64,000 bases of DNA from positions 99,264,001-99,328,000 of the forward strand of contig NC_045697.1 of NCBI RefSeq assembly GCF_009834535.1, written 5' to 3'. Of this stretch, positions 12,150 to 26,300 are shown one piece after another; positions within the stretch are counted from its first letter, which is position 1, and every line of letters starts with the position of its first letter. Source of the stretch: Camelus ferus. Lineage: Eukaryota. The position numbers and the translations under genes are program-made. Below the pieces are notes generated by a model. The model was given only the letters and a program-made list of their open reading frames with translations. It was not told where the DNA came from and ran no database searches.

Positions 12150-15100
12150 CTGAAGAAACTGAGGCTTAAGATTAAACAATTTGCTCAAAATCGCTCTCCT
12201 AGGGCTAGACTCACATCTTGATCCATCTGACTTTCAAGTCCTTTCCATCCCACTTTAAGCTGCTCAATGTCATTTTGAATGCTGAACCCGTGCAAAAAGC
12301 CAGGTGTTCTGATTTCTGGAGTTATTTGAGTACTTTTTGAAAGTCACTGGGGCCGTCAGGAAGCTTTTGGTCTGTCTGTAGTCCTGCTCCACTGGTGAAG
12401 CTTCAAGACAGTAAACAAGATAAACAAGCCTGGCTCCTTTTATTAGACCAGATGCTTTCTTCAACTGCTTCTCCCCCGAAAGAACAGGTAGGACTAAAAC
12501 TATAACTAATGACATCTGTTCTTCCCCAAGGTTCTACGTGTACCATCTGACAATGGGGCTCTGGCCATTATCTACTTCCCCCAACCCAACTCCTAATCTA
12601 CTGAAGATCTTAGCATCCAACAGAAAGAACTTGCCTATCTTTTGCCCAAAGGTGAGTATATTACTATGACATGTCACTTTTCTGGGTCACGTGGGTCACA
12701 TTTAGAAAACACACCGGACAATAACTTGATTTACTGCAATTTTAGATTTACTACTCAGTCCTCAGCACGCAGAAGTAGAGTGTTTCAAACACTATGAACT
12801 AAAACGCCAACTTACTGTCAGGTCTTAATTACCCATGTTTAAGGACAATGCACAAATAAAAACAGAAACCCGTTGACATTCATGATTATTTAATCTAGCT
12901 CATATTTTTACCTTCTCAGCTCATCAAATCTTTTGTTGGTAAGAAATTTATGGACTATCTAGTCATAGATATAGGCAATGACTCACAGTTTGATTTTTTT
13001 TCCTGGAAGTTACTTCTAAACTAAAGTACCTTCATTCATTTGTGTTTTCTAACACAAATAGTGGCTACTATCCCACTTTAAGAGCCAGAACTATCCCTGT
13101 TGGTCTGGTCCTGTCCTAGTCCAGATCCCAACCGTTCCTGGTAGGAACCACTCCTCACTTCCAGAGACCTCACTCCAAGGCCTGATGAGATGACCTCAGT
13201 GGGTGGCATTGTGATCGTGGACAAAAACCCACCCACCAGAGGAAACAGCTTTGCCCACGGGGCCCCTGGGAGGTGCCATTTTCATCTTCTACTGCAATGC
13301 ACTGACATTTTAAAATTATAATGACTCCATATCCCAAATGAGTCCTAAGAACATTCTGAATCAGCTAATTAATAAATCAACTGCTCCTCAGGATGGCATT
13401 TATCAAATTCACAACTAATATGTGAGGTGGGGTAAGAGTGGAAGTCTGCAGCTGCTACACCACTGGCTCTAGTAGGAACCACTTACGTAGGACCCAGCTT
13501 GTTCCAAAACCTTCGCCCCTCTCTGGCTGTAAGCTAAAAAGCACCTTCAATGCACACTATTCATCGACGGGGCCAAAGACATACAGAATAATGAGCGGTC
13601 GCTTGAAAGAATGAAGAACAAGAGCATCCCTACTAATCAGACACTTAGTGTCCCATATGGTGATAGTAATTGGAACATCCCTTTGGTCACACTGTTGAGC
13701 TAAGATTAAAATCAATTAGATGCCACCATTTAGATGGTGGTGGCATTCTGGTGTCTTTTTCTTGTTTATTAGGCACAGATAAGATGTGGGGGTGACAGTG
13801 CCAAGCTGGGCATACTCCTTCGCCAAGAGTAGACCATTGGTAAACCTTCCAATCTCTTAAGACCGGATACCTTTCCAAGCAGGCTTCAGAATCACTGCCG
13901 ACACATTTGAAATCGGTCGTGACAATTAGGTTGTCAGAGCAGCATGTATTGCTCTTAATCGTCTGCTTAGTGCCTTGTGAAATCTCCATTTCTCCGTCGT
14001 AGACTGTACCCTCCCCATCATCCAGCCACTGCTTTTCTTCCCATGTTGTTGAGGGGCTGGCATTGACAGCATGGGTGAGACAGAGGAACTATGGGGAAAT
14101 GGCCCAACTGTGCAGGCCATCAATAGTGAGATGACACAGAGTTGGACCAGAAGACAAGGCAGCAGAGAGACTGGGGGCTTGGTGAGCAGAGAGACAGAGA
14201 ACCACTGCTCAGAGGCCAGAAGGCTGGGTAAAAGCCCATCATTGGTTTAGTCTAAATCTGGTCCATGCTACTCACACTCCTTTCCTTCTTTATAGTGTCG
14301 ATGTGGTTTTTGCAAGGTTTTTCTCCTGGAGGGGACTTTTTTTTTTAGAAGAGAAAATGGGTGTTGACTTTTCAGTCAAATAGTCACTCAAGCCTAATGG
14401 CTTCCAGAATCTAACTCTGAGGGCAGCTATCAACGAGAGAGTCTCTGTGGGGGGGAATCAGAAGTCGCCCGATGTCTAACAGAGAGGACACACCAAGGAA
14501 GTAAGAAGATGGAAGGGGAGAAGTGGGGAGGGTCACAGAGAGGAAGAAGGGGTTGGACACGTGGCTGTAGGATAGAGAACATAGAGGGGTGTGCCAACAC
14601 AGGAATGGGAAAAGACTCAGATTAAGTGTTTTTATCCAAGGTCAGGGTGTCTGAATCAGCTCAAATGGGAAGAGATATCCAGGTAGGAAACTAAATAAGA
14701 GCAAAGAAATCACATTTTGCTGTATGACAAGTTCATTTCTGAACACAGATGTGTCAGAAAGTTTCAATAAATCTCCCCATCCTCTTCATGACTGTCCTAA
14801 GATCTCACACAAGTAAGCGGTATCAGGAGTTAGACTGGCTTCAGATCAAGACGAAGCAGGAAACTTCTTTGAATACAATTTTACTTCTCTCTGTGTTTTT
14901 GGATTTGAAACAGATGCTTATCTGAACTGAAGCATTTACGATGTGATTTCTTATTTTCACAAATGATGTGGTTTCTTGGTTTCTCTGTTGTAGTCCCATT
15001 TAAAAATCTATGGTAAGTAAGTAAGTATGGTATGTAATAGTTTCATTGGCACCACCATCTCCTATGCCCAATGTTATACTTCTAAAACACAAACTGAGTA

Positions 15101-16929
15101 AATACATAGGGAGGTCATTTGCAACATGATTTTTATTTGCTCAACAGATTGAATCTGGGTAGTAGGAATATTACAGTTGGTTAAGTAAATCTCGAGTCAG
15201 AGTAAGGTTTATCAGAGTAATGTTGATCTTTAAGCCTTAAGTCTAGAATATATGTTTAGAAGTGGGAGGAAATTCCAACATCCACATAAACAGAGAATTC
15301 AGAGTTTGAAATGCCCCAAGCAGACTTTCTTAGTTATTTGTGACAGTTTGACAGCGACAAAAAAAAAAAAAAAAATCAGGAGCTAGAATGCTTTCTCCCC
15401 AGCTTTGTGGCTGAATTTTTATGCAATCTTCTACAGATCATTTTGTGCCTTAATTTCCCTTCCTGCAGATTGCCGGGAGCCTTGTTGACTAAGCTGTAGA
15501 TTATAATAAGCTAGTGCTGCACCTTATTTGTATTTTACCGGCCAGATTCTCTCACAAAACTAAGCATTTCTGTCCATAAGGGGAAGAGTTTAAGAAATAA
15601 ATGATTTATTCATAAGTTTAAATGTTATTTTATATTCAGGGATGTATTTTAAAATAGTCATTAGTTTATGACTGGTGGTGGCAGGCAGAGCTTTTCTCTA
15701 GATGTAGAGTCCTTAAAACAGCTCCATTTTAAACATATTTGCTTCTCCTCTATACTTAAAAATACCTTTCACGTGGCTTTCTCAGGGTATCCCACAATTT
15801 AGAAAATCAAGGTGATTCATTCTGATATTTTGGAGGAAAATTATGTGGTTTTCTGGTGAAGCTACTGATATGTGTCACAGCTCTTTGAAAACAGAAAGGC
15901 ATTGGGGGACGAGGGGACCCAAAACAGTATAATGAGACTGGATTGGCTTTTTCTCACATCATTCAACAAGATTTTCACAGTTCATACTTACGATTTTCTG
16001 AATCTAGGCAGACCAGCCACAGGGTCATGGAACTGGGCTCTAAATGACTTGCAAACAGGCACACATTTCACTCCTTAAATGTTTCTGCTTCCTCCCTCCC
16101 CCTTCTCTTCCCTTTCTCAGTCCCCTTTCCTCCCTTCTTCCCTCCTTTATTAAAAAAGTACCCAGGCTGCTCTTTACTTCCAGGTAAGCACAGATCACTG
16201 ACAGTCCAGGTGAATGTGGAAAGTTGGGTGCTGAGAGCAGAGTGGAAACAACAAGATTCTGCACTGATTCAATCTCTAGAGCACATCATAAAACCATTTT
16301 TAAAGTGGTTCCCACAAGAGTCATAAGGAATTTCAGAATGCCCATTTTAAGCGGGTTTCCATGCATTCCTGATAGTGTCATTTTCTCTCAAGGACTTCTG
16401 ACAGCTCAGGCTACAAGGAAGGGTCAGGTAAACTGGAACACCTTTCCTGAGCCTCTATGCAAAGCCCTCTAAATATGATTGAGAGGGTTGGGAAGGTTTT
16501 AGAAACAAAAAAGTGCTGTGGCCAGCACTTGGAAGCGCAGGGTACTACTGGTCAACCGTTTCAATGAAGCACGGAAAATAGAATCTTCAGAAATACTTTC
16601 CAACCATGCCTAGTCACTTGATCACTAAGCTCCTGGTAATGAGAGAAAACAGATCTCACTTGATGATTATGACAACAGAGTGCACTGCTGCTCCCATTGT
16701 TGTGAAAGTCTCACTTGAAAAGGCAAGTGAATCTGGAGGAACGGATGAGCCCAGAGCCAAGCCCAGGACACCAAGCCCGGTGCCCTTGTAGGCAGAAACC
16801 TCTGTCTGCATGGTGCTCAGGGAGAAACAGAATTGGGAATGTTTGTTTGTTTGTTTGTTAGTATGTTTGATCTGGGCAGGAGACTATTTGACGGATCTCC
16901 AATCTCTTCCGTTTGGTCTATTTTTCTCT

Positions 16930-17350
16930 TAAGCATGTGTGCTTAGTGAATTATATATATTGTAAGCGACCTTGGGGTGTGCAATCCCATCTCTTTTAAT
17001 ACACTTTTCCATTCTGACAAGGAGCTTCAGTGGCTTGGAATAATCCTCTTCAATTGACAAAAGCAGCCCCGAATTTCTAAGTTTTTAAACCATTAATGGC
17101 TGATCAGTTGCAACAAATATGCCGCTGCCGCCGCTGCTGCACCTAATGATTGAATTTTAAATATTCATGATGGATGGATGTCTGTGTGTGTGCACAGAAA
17201 TGACAGCATCGACGGCTGCTTCTCACCAGGGCACCGTTAGAGCTGAGCAGGAAGCTGCGTGTGTCAGATATTTTCTGGTTAAATATTCCAGTCATTAGAA
17301 AAAATGGTTCTATCATATAGATCCAGCAGCATTAATGTGTGAGATACACG
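16930..17350. promoter_or_regulatory. Candidate developmental enhancer (PBX-HOX, MEIS and homeobox motifs)
   Basis: TGATGGATGG 17168-17177, TGACAG 17201-17206, CCATTAATGG 17090-17099, TAATGATTGA 17144-17153; non-repetitive, with retained CpGs. Confidence 0.45.
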
Positions 17351-17429
17351 TGTTCACAAATATACAATGTTGAAATGGGCAGACTCCTTCCCTCAAAAAC
17401 AGCCCTTTAATTATTTAAAGAAAAAAAAA

Positions 17430-17570
17430 AAACCACTGAACACGCTAGTGGTTATTTTGGGACATTGTGATTTTTCAGTGATTTTAATTTTCTTACTTTT
17501 TGCTTGTCTGTATTTTCAAAGATGTTTTCTACAATGAACACAAATTATTTTTGTAGTAAGACAAAAGATA
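17430..17570 (+). mobile_element. Old L1 (L1ME-like) 3' end
   Basis: gtgattttaattttcttactttttgcttgtctgtattttc...ctacaatgaaca pattern. Confidence 0.5.
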
Positions 17571-19302
17571 ACTTAAAAATCCCATGTGAAGAAAAAGAAT
17601 AATATTACGATAAAATTTTGACCAATTAAAAAAATTCTTCATGGAGAAATATGCACTTACAGCTTATAAAAATAAACACAAAAGAAGAGAAGAGAATAAG
17701 TTTTGCCTAAGTTTTAGCTATGAAATAAGGCCTAATTTTCCTCCAAGAATAGAGAAAATGGAAGTCAATTTTTAGAGAAAATTCAATAGAGAGGCTAAAG
17801 TGATCTGAAAAGAGACACCTTTTCTGAGATGAAATTACACCACATGTATTCTTTGGCCATGATTTGAGGCTGAGATTATAAACAACTGAGAATAATTAGC
17901 TGGACTGAAAAATGCCTGCGGCTTCTATCTGCTAGGATGAACCAGTTTCTTTCCTGCGTCTCTCTTCTTCCTGTTCCACAATCTCTCTGCTCCCTTTCTT
18001 ACTGTTCTTTTCTGGAAATCTTCCTCACACACATATTTGAACATTATTAAATCCTACTGTTTCTTGCACTGTTCATTCATACCATCTTTTTTTTCAGATG
18101 GACACTTATTTAACAGCATATGTGACTATCCTGATCACCAGCATAGGGAGAAATCATGAACAAACACAGGAATCAGAGAGAACAAAACCAGATACACTTG
18201 ACCTGCTCCGTGTGTGTGAGCAAATACTTAGGCCTGTCATTCTCTAATAGGAGTCTATTAGTTCTCCAGACCAGAGACTAAGTGGTTAATAGGAAAACTG
18301 TATCAACTGCCTTGCTCTGATTGGTCCCTAGAAACTTCCTGTAGAAAAGAATTAGAGCAAATACCTTGAAAGGAGGGCCCACATTCTGTGTCTACAAGAA
18401 GCACAGGAGGGAGTTAAAAATAAGACAATGTCTGACCTGGTGGCTGATAAGTGGGTTAAACTGTACATCTGGGTCTGGCTCTCCCTAGTCAAGAGGCTGA
18501 TCAGAAGGAGAACCAGAAGGTACGGGAAAAGGTGAAGGCCAACTGAGCCTCACTGGAAAGAATAGTTTTAAATTTAGAGTATGGACATCATTTGCATCGT
18601 AACAATATTGTGCTTGATGGCAACAAAATCCTCAAGTACAGACTAGTTACCAACCCAGATGAGATCCACTGTCATTTACCCACTCAGATTTTAATGTGTC
18701 GTGTTGGCTCCAACCTATCAAAATACCCCTTTACAGTTCATTCGTGGTTCAGTTCATGTCCTTGAAGTTTTACGTAAAATTTTTAAAAGTTAGTTTTCTA
18801 TAATTGTTAACATTCTAACTAATATTTGTTATTTAAAGAAGTTATAGAGAAAACTATCTTATAGGAAAACATGGCTCAGGATGCTTACTAGAAATAAAAT
18901 CACATATGCACATTTAAACTATGTAAAAAACCCACATGTTCCATGACTTCTATGAGGTTTACAGACAAATAGAACTCCTGGTTTTGTAGACCGTGATTTT
19001 TCAGTTTCCTTAAAATTCTCACTTGCCTAAAATCCAATTTTATTTAGATTCACTGTTTTTTTGTTTTGGTTTTCCTTCTAGACCCTGTGTATTTGTAGCT
19101 AGTTGACCTGTAGCTTGTATCAAAACAAAAGACAAAAAAAGAGCAAGTAGTATTTTATGAAATCTAAACTTCTACAGGATTCTATGTAAAAGAAAAGTAA
19201 ACATTTAAACAATGGCAGAACAAAATCCTAAAATATAGTTTGAAGTCATTATTACTATCTTAGCCCTCCCTGTTCATCCAATTAACCTCACTATACATTA
19301 TT

Positions 19303-19423
19303 ACAAAGATGATACTTCCTGATTTGCCCAGGATCTCTCTGATTACAGAGTTGTCCTGGTGACCTGTTTGGTTAGTGTACCTCAAGTGTCCTGATTTGGA
19401 TGATAAATTATATGGAATTGTCC
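19303..19423. mobile_element. MER94-like hAT-Blackjack MITE
   Basis: tcctgatttgcccagga...gttgtcctggtg...aagtgtcctgatttggatgataaattatatgg. Confidence 0.65.
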
Positions 19424-21264
19424 AAGGTTTTCCATGAGCCCACAAGATAAGCAAGGTTGGGTTGTCAACATCTAGCACTGGTGCAAACCTCAACCTCATA
19501 CATTTTCTTTGCTTCCAAAAGGATTGCTGAGAATAGAGCTTTGGCTACACATGTATACCTAAGGCTATTTGCAAGATGAAAGAAAGGGAACAGGGAGCAT
19601 TTTACTAAAATGTAGTCAACCTAGAAGATTACAGTTGCCCCTAGAAGAGTACTCATATTTTAAGAGCCTCTTTCCAGAAAAGTGGGAAATCATGGTAGTT
19701 TTGAAACTGAAATTTCTTTGGCTTTTTAACATTCACTTTTTGAGTGAGTTAAGTTCCAGAACTTTCTCTAGTTACATTCTCCTTTCAGTCCCATTAGGTA
19801 CCTTCTTTCTGAAAGTACCAATGGCCCTATAATCTTGCAGACTTCCCACTGGGGCTCCAATAGCTGACCAGAACTAGGAACTAAAGGCCAACCTCTTCTC
19901 AGGTACAGATCATCACAGTTATAACAATCCAATCTTTTGGGGTGCTGTTTATCTATGGCCTAGGATTGCTATTGGCTGGCATATTTGCTACCACAGACTT
20001 AACATGCCACCTGGACAATTTCCTTCTTCTCCAGGGCTTTTGAGGCTTCTCAAAGGAAGGCCAGCTTCCTTTCACTCTGAAAATCCAGTTTATACTGCCA
20101 ATGTCCAAAGCTGTAAATGCTGGAGCTCAGAGGGAAATACAGAATAAAAGGAAGAAAAAGAGCAAGAAAGGGCAACTAAATTGTTTGAGAATGTAGAATG
20201 TCTTCAGGCTTTATCTCTTCTCAAACCCTAACAACCAACATATAAATAGTCCATTATTCCCATTTTCCATACTGAAGGCCCATGTTCTTTCCTAGCAATA
20301 TGGGGCTGATATAAAGAATAAGTGAAACAACTTGGGTGGGCACACTGGCTCAGGCCCTTATGCAGAAAGTGCATTTGTGTACCTGGCTTCAGGACTCCTC
20401 TTGAGATTGCAAAGGAAATAGGAAAGCATGGTTGTGTTGGCAGACCGTGATCATTTTGGCTTGTAGACAGATGGTCTCAAATGAAAACAATGGCCACTTG
20501 TGAAGAGCTGATCATGCAATGAGGGTGAAGGGTTGTCCCCAAGTGAAACTGACTTAGTGTCTTCTTGAGTGAATAGACGAGGGGGTCACTGATTGGATGT
20601 AGAGACATGAAAGCTGCCCTTCTAAGTCTGTACCTGGTTGCTCTCAAACATAGAAAGTGTTTCTAAGAGCCTGATTACCTCAGGACATGCTGCTAATTGA
20701 AATTTGAGTTGGGCTGTCAACACAGCCATTCTCACCCTGGTTCCACCAGTTACACCGGCTATACTAACCATACCGAGTAAGAGATTCATAGGTTCACCAC
20801 CTACAGGAATTGGGCTCAAAGGAGGTACAAATTTTGGAACCACTGAAAACACATTTTGGAACATTTCTTCTATACCCATAAAAATCATTTAATCAACTGT
20901 ATCATCCCCATGTTACTGAGCAAGGCTTGATGAAAACTTTGCAAAGCATAACAGTTTTAGGGGTAAGTCTCATAGTTTTCATAACCTCTCTGCAAATCAA
21001 CTTGTGCCCATGTAATGGTCATAGAGTAAACCCTACAAAATATAGAAAGCCTCTTGAGTCTAAAGGTGTGTGAAACTTATCATCTGTAGCTTCAGTTTAT
21101 TCCCCATGTTCACGAAGACTCAGAGGCTGTGTATCTCTAGTTGTGTGCCACTTCTCCCAGTTCTGGACTGTTAGTGATCCATTCCAGGAACTTCACCTTT
21201 GTCAAAGTGCGTAAGAAGCTTTCTGGTTCATTGTCTCTTCCTTCCTCATAGATGCAGCTATTGT

Positions 21265-21465
21265 GAAACAGAAAGAGCACAGGAAGTTTGGCTCCTGGCT
21301 CTGCCCTTCATAAGTTGGGTGATCTTGGCCAACTCTTGTACCCTTTATGGGCCCCCGTTTCCTTATTTATAAAATACTTGTCCTCGCAGGTGAGGATTAA
21401 GAGAAATAACATATGTGGAAATAACCTGTCAACAGTAACACACAGTACGCACGTTATCACCGTCC
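21265..21465 (+). mobile_element. MIR SINE
   Basis: cctggctctgcccttcataagttgggtgatcttggccaac...gtttccttatttataaaat...gtgaggattaa core. Confidence 0.7.
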
Positions 21466-22149
21466 TCTTACGTTACAAGTGAAGGACTGATGACACCAAA
21501 AGACTAAGACAATTAAGCGACCTGAATCAGGAAGTGAGTCCGTCACAGACCTGCACTCAGCCAGCACCTACACATCTGGGCCACGTGTGCCCCCTCATTG
21601 GTGCTTCCACCTATACATGCAGCTAAGGACAGGCTTCAAATGCTCTTAAAGTTTCATCAATTTCAAGTGGTACCATCAAAAAAGTGCCTTCATTTTTCAT
21701 AATAGTATGTTCTCCCTTTGAAAATGGTAAAAAACAAAAACCAAAAAACAAAAAACCCCAACTAACCTTGCTGAGGATGCCCGTGTATTCCAGATACAGA
21801 ATACATAGCCTTTATATGCTCAAATAAGCAGAGCGAAAGAGGAGCAGGTAGGAGCCTGCAGGTGTATTTGTTGAGTGCGATGAGGGAGCCAAGCTGGAAG
21901 GATGCTTTGAGGATTATGGAGAGAGCCTGGAGGTCCCCAGGGTGCAGGGTTTTTAAGCCTGGGTGATAGGCAAACAAAAGGCTCTTCAGGAGGCAACGCT
22001 CTTTGATCACGTCTGTGCGAGGAGAGCAGCAAAGCTGGTACTAACCCCTCAGCGTTTATTCCCTTGCTAAGGTCTTTAGACATCCTAGTCAGAAAATCGG
22101 AGATGTTAATGGGGGAAGAAACTTCAGTACCCCCAAGGTTAAGGGACTG

Positions 22150-22345
22150 GATGGGGTTCAGATACCAGCTCCACCTGTTACCAGCTATGAGACCTGGGTG
22201 AGTTCCTTAGCCTTTCTGTGCCTCAGTTTCTTCACCTGAAAACAGAAAAATCACCTCCTAGGTTGTTTGAGAATTAAGTCTGATGTCTACAAAGCATTCA
22301 TCTCAGTGTCTGGCATGTAGTAAGTGTTCTAGAAATGTCACCTGT
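22150..22345 (+). mobile_element. MIR SINE
   Basis: ccagctccacctgttaccagctatgagacctgggtgagttccttagcctttctgtgcctcagtttcttcacctg core. Confidence 0.8.
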
Positions 22346-25300
22346 TTTTGCTACAAATTCAGCTTCTCCTGTTCCCAATGAGAAAACTGAGGGCCAGAAA
22401 GGGACAGCGGCTCGCTCAAATCCACAAGGCTCGGGTTAATGGCGAAATAGGGACTATACACCAAATCCTTTTGCCAGGGTTCCAGTACATTTTACTCCAC
22501 ATCTGATGTTGATTCCAATGCCCACTGTGCCGCACCCCAGTGGATGGGCTCTGAGGCCCCTTCTAGGTCTACAGAATTAATGCTGTTAAATGGCAGAGAA
22601 CCACATAAAACCATCTCTCCACGCTCTGTGTTAATGGTGTGTAATGTTTTCATGGATAACCCCAGGCTGCAGATGATCCACTCAATGCTAATTTGGGCTG
22701 GGTAGTAACAGCAGAGAGCAAAGCCCTGGTCTCCAGGGGAGGAGATCTCTGTCCTGGGCGTGATCCCACTCCGTGCTCAAGATCATCTCTCAGAGCTCAG
22801 GGCTCTTGAGGGATTAAGGCCGGCCCTTTACTGCAGAACATGTGATGCTGGGCACTCTGGTCCTCTAGGGCTCTCTCCAGCAGCATGGTAGCTGTCAGAC
22901 AAACTCCACTAGAGGGATGACCTCCTCTGTGGATGGCCTCCACCTGGTTGTGGAATCTGAGCCTCAGATGCCCCTCTGAAGGCTCATTGTGATCCTTCTC
23001 AAATCTCCCCTCCCAGCTTCCCTCAATTTTCTAAATGTGCTCTCACCCTGGAGAAAGGGAAATCGAGCTTGTGTAATCACTAACCCCCATCTACTTTCAA
23101 CTCCCAATCAAATGGACTTGGTCTTGGGGGTAACCCTGTGATTTGAGCTCTGTCTCCTACCCCTACAGTTGGATATGCTTAAATATCTGAGGTTTTTAGA
23201 AGACTCGCCAGAGGATGAATGGGGTGTCACTGGAGCAGGTGTCATATGGTAAGCAATCCTGTTCTCACCCTATTTGAATGTGAACTTCATCCTGTGCTAC
23301 ATGCTGGTGGATAATAAATCTCAGGGTCTGACACGTTTGGAGGTCTGAGGGAATGAAGCTGCCGCGAGATAAAAAGAATTTCATGCAAAGAGATGAACCA
23401 ATGTCAGAATAAAAAGTTTATCAACGTATATGTTAGCAGAAAAAAAAAACTGTCCAAATAAAACGGCTTCAGGGATGTGTACAGTTAAGGCAATTTTAAA
23501 AAGCACCAACCCCTCTATTTTTCTCCATTTTCCAACACACGTACTAGATTTATCATCCTAGTGGCATAACTACATGCATTGTGTAGTGTTCTTTGCTTCC
23601 TATTTCCCAAGGATTTCAGTTCTTCAGATTTAAAACCATCAGGGAATTTATAAGGAGTGAAAAATATTCCAAAAAGATTGTTTGATAATCCTAAACGGAA
23701 AACCTTACATTGTACGGTTCCCTTAACTTTATAAAATGCTTTGATACACATTATCTCATCTTTCTCATGGGCGTCAAAGGTTTGATACTGTTCGGAGAGC
23801 GTGAGACTAGTCAGGTCTGTGGAGACTGTATCCCAAACTCCTTCTAAGTTTTAACTTTCATATGGTGGCAAAACATTTCTTGAGTCTACAGGAAAACAAA
23901 ATAAACTCATTATGAGGAAACCATTACACGCTTCCTTATAAAAATTCCTTAGAAAAACTGTTCTGTTCCAAATGCTAGCTCTGGAAAACTCCCACTCCCC
24001 TAGAAGACTGCTAAGGTCTAGCCTCTTTCAGGGCACCCACCCTCCACTGACCCCTTCTCTGTTGTCTGGATGTGCGTCCTTCCTTGGGTCTCCAGATGCA
24101 CCTGAGTTTGCCAGTATCCAGTCTCACTCCACACTGCACTGCACCATCTATCTCCCCTTCCATGGACCACAGCTCCTTGAGGGCAATGCCAATATTTTGC
24201 TTTGATCTTCCTTGTTCTTACCCAGCACAGGGCGAGGCGCCTGGGAGGGATTCAGTATATATGGAATGAATGGAGAGAAACGCCCATAGGCAACGAGTAC
24301 CTTATGGAAAGCGTGTAGGGTGAACTGGGTGCCTGCTGATGTAGTCAAAGAAGATTTGGAAGCAATAAGATGAATAGAGCTTTTATCACTTATGAAGTCA
24401 GATTCAACCAGGGCAGAGAAGAGGAGTCAGGAGAAAGATCCTCCTGTTGGAAAGAGGACAATTACAAGGACTTGCAATGTAGGGAATCTGGAAGGACACA
24501 GGCAGTGACTAACCTTAACTCTCTCTTCCAGCTTCCAGAAATTCTCTGGACAGAAAGACATGGTGGAAGTAGAATGAGGAGGCAGCGTGCAGAGCCAAAT
24601 GCCAGTCATCAGAAAGCAAACGAATGGGAATGGCTTCATCCTGATGTCTTATACCCAGGCAGCTAAAGGTTGGAGAAAAGCCACTTGTGCAACTTCTGTG
24701 AAGGGACGGAGTCTGAGCTAAGGCCACACGTAAGCTGAGAGAAATTCGTACCATTAAGAAAAGTGGCTATCTTTCACTTCCAAACTTTGTGATTCTGGGA
24801 CGAGTACTGGAGCGTTCTGGTGGCCAATGATAATCCTTGCTATTATTGAAGAACATTACTTGTACCTTTCAGGAGACCACAACTAATAAACCATATAATA
24901 CTGGATAAATCTCTATGCTGTTTTGTTATGTTAAAAGATTTTTAAGACAACAATAAATACATATATGCAAAGGGAGGCAAAACTGTTCAGGAGAGTCCAC
25001 ATGGTTTCAAATTTTAAATCCTAGTGGTGGAAAAACGAAGGAAAATTCAAGTAAGAAAACACATGAAAACATGAAAACACAACATAAAAGCAGATAATTA
25101 ATTAGCATAGGCGTAATGAAGTTTTGTAATTTTAAACAACAAACAGAGCCGAAAGCAAACAGGAAACACAAATATTAGTGACATTAAACACCAAAAGGAA
25201 AGAGGAGTGAGGAGCTGGCTTAACCTCTGCGATGGGGTTTACTGCTGGCTGAGGCATGAAGAGGTTTAAAGGAGATTAAGAAAGATAAACAGTAAGCAGT

Positions 25301-25589
25301 CTGTTGAGCTACTATTTGGCTGCATGCATCCAGCCGGCAGAAGGTCTGTTTTGGAGCTAACGGGTTCACATCCACCCAGCAAAGCCATGAGGACAGGCGA
25401 CGGGGGAGTGATTGCTCTAGAGCCCAATGGTGGTGCCCAGACCCCACTCCTCCCACCCCACCTCTACTCAGTGAACATGAAAGGAAATTTGCCACTCTCA
25501 GCCTCTGATCTGATGGTTTTGGATCTTTTTCTTGATAGTAAATGTCCTTGCCTGTTGTCTTGACTACAATAGCCCTGTTTATTCTCAAC

Positions 25590-26110
25590 ATCACAGAATT
25601 TCAGAGACTGGACATTCAAGGTCACCAAGTCCACTCATCAATTCATCAAATGGCCACCTTGCTTAGCATCGCCTCTAGTGACAAGGACCTCATTTCTTCC
25701 TGAAGCAGTTGTCACCATCCTTGAGCAGCTCTGATTATTAGCGAAATCTTCCTTAGACTGAGCTGAAGTTCGTCTTTCTGAAATATCCACCTTTGGCCCC
25801 TGGGGAGTGAACAAATCTAAACCATCTACAATGTGTGAACCTTTCAAATATTAGAAAATGCTATTGTGGACTACTCGAATCTTCTCTACTTCAGGATAAA
25901 TATACTTAGTTCTTTTAACCTTTCATCATATGATCTTAAGCTTTCTCACTACTGTGGCTACTTTTCTCTGCACTCAATCTAGTTTTTCTCTCTCTCGTAA
26001 AGTGTGGTATTCACTGGACATATGCCACATACTGTGGTCTGACAAGCACCAGTCACAGTGAACCATCCCCACCTTTTCTGGGCTACTACACACTTCCATC
26101 AGGCAGCTGC
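25590..26110 (-). mobile_element. L3/CR1 LINE remnant
   Basis: gagcagctctgattattagcgaaatcttccttagactgagctgaa...aacaaatctaaaccatct...ctttcaaatatt resembles antisense L3. Confidence 0.65.
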
Positions 26111-26124
26111 AGACTGAGAGGAGG

Positions 26125-26300
26125 ACTTGCTACATTTCCTGAGCATCTGTGATGGGACAGGCACAGTAAGCACTTTATACGCATTGAGTTAAATTCTGAG
26201 AACAAGCCTGTGTGTAGGGGCTGCCATTATCCCCATTTTATACCTAAGGGCCCAAAGGCATAGAGAGGATAAGGAACTTGTTTAAAGTCACACAGTAGCC
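26125..26300 (-). mobile_element. MIR SINE
   Basis: cattatccccattttatacc...agagaggataaggaacttgtttaaagtcacacag. Confidence 0.7.

Noticed and set aside
13141..13483. 12-bp direct repeat gtaggaaccact about 330 bp apart (possible TSD)
   Set aside because: No poly-A or element features between the copies; a 12-mer at this range is expected by chance in 64 kb.
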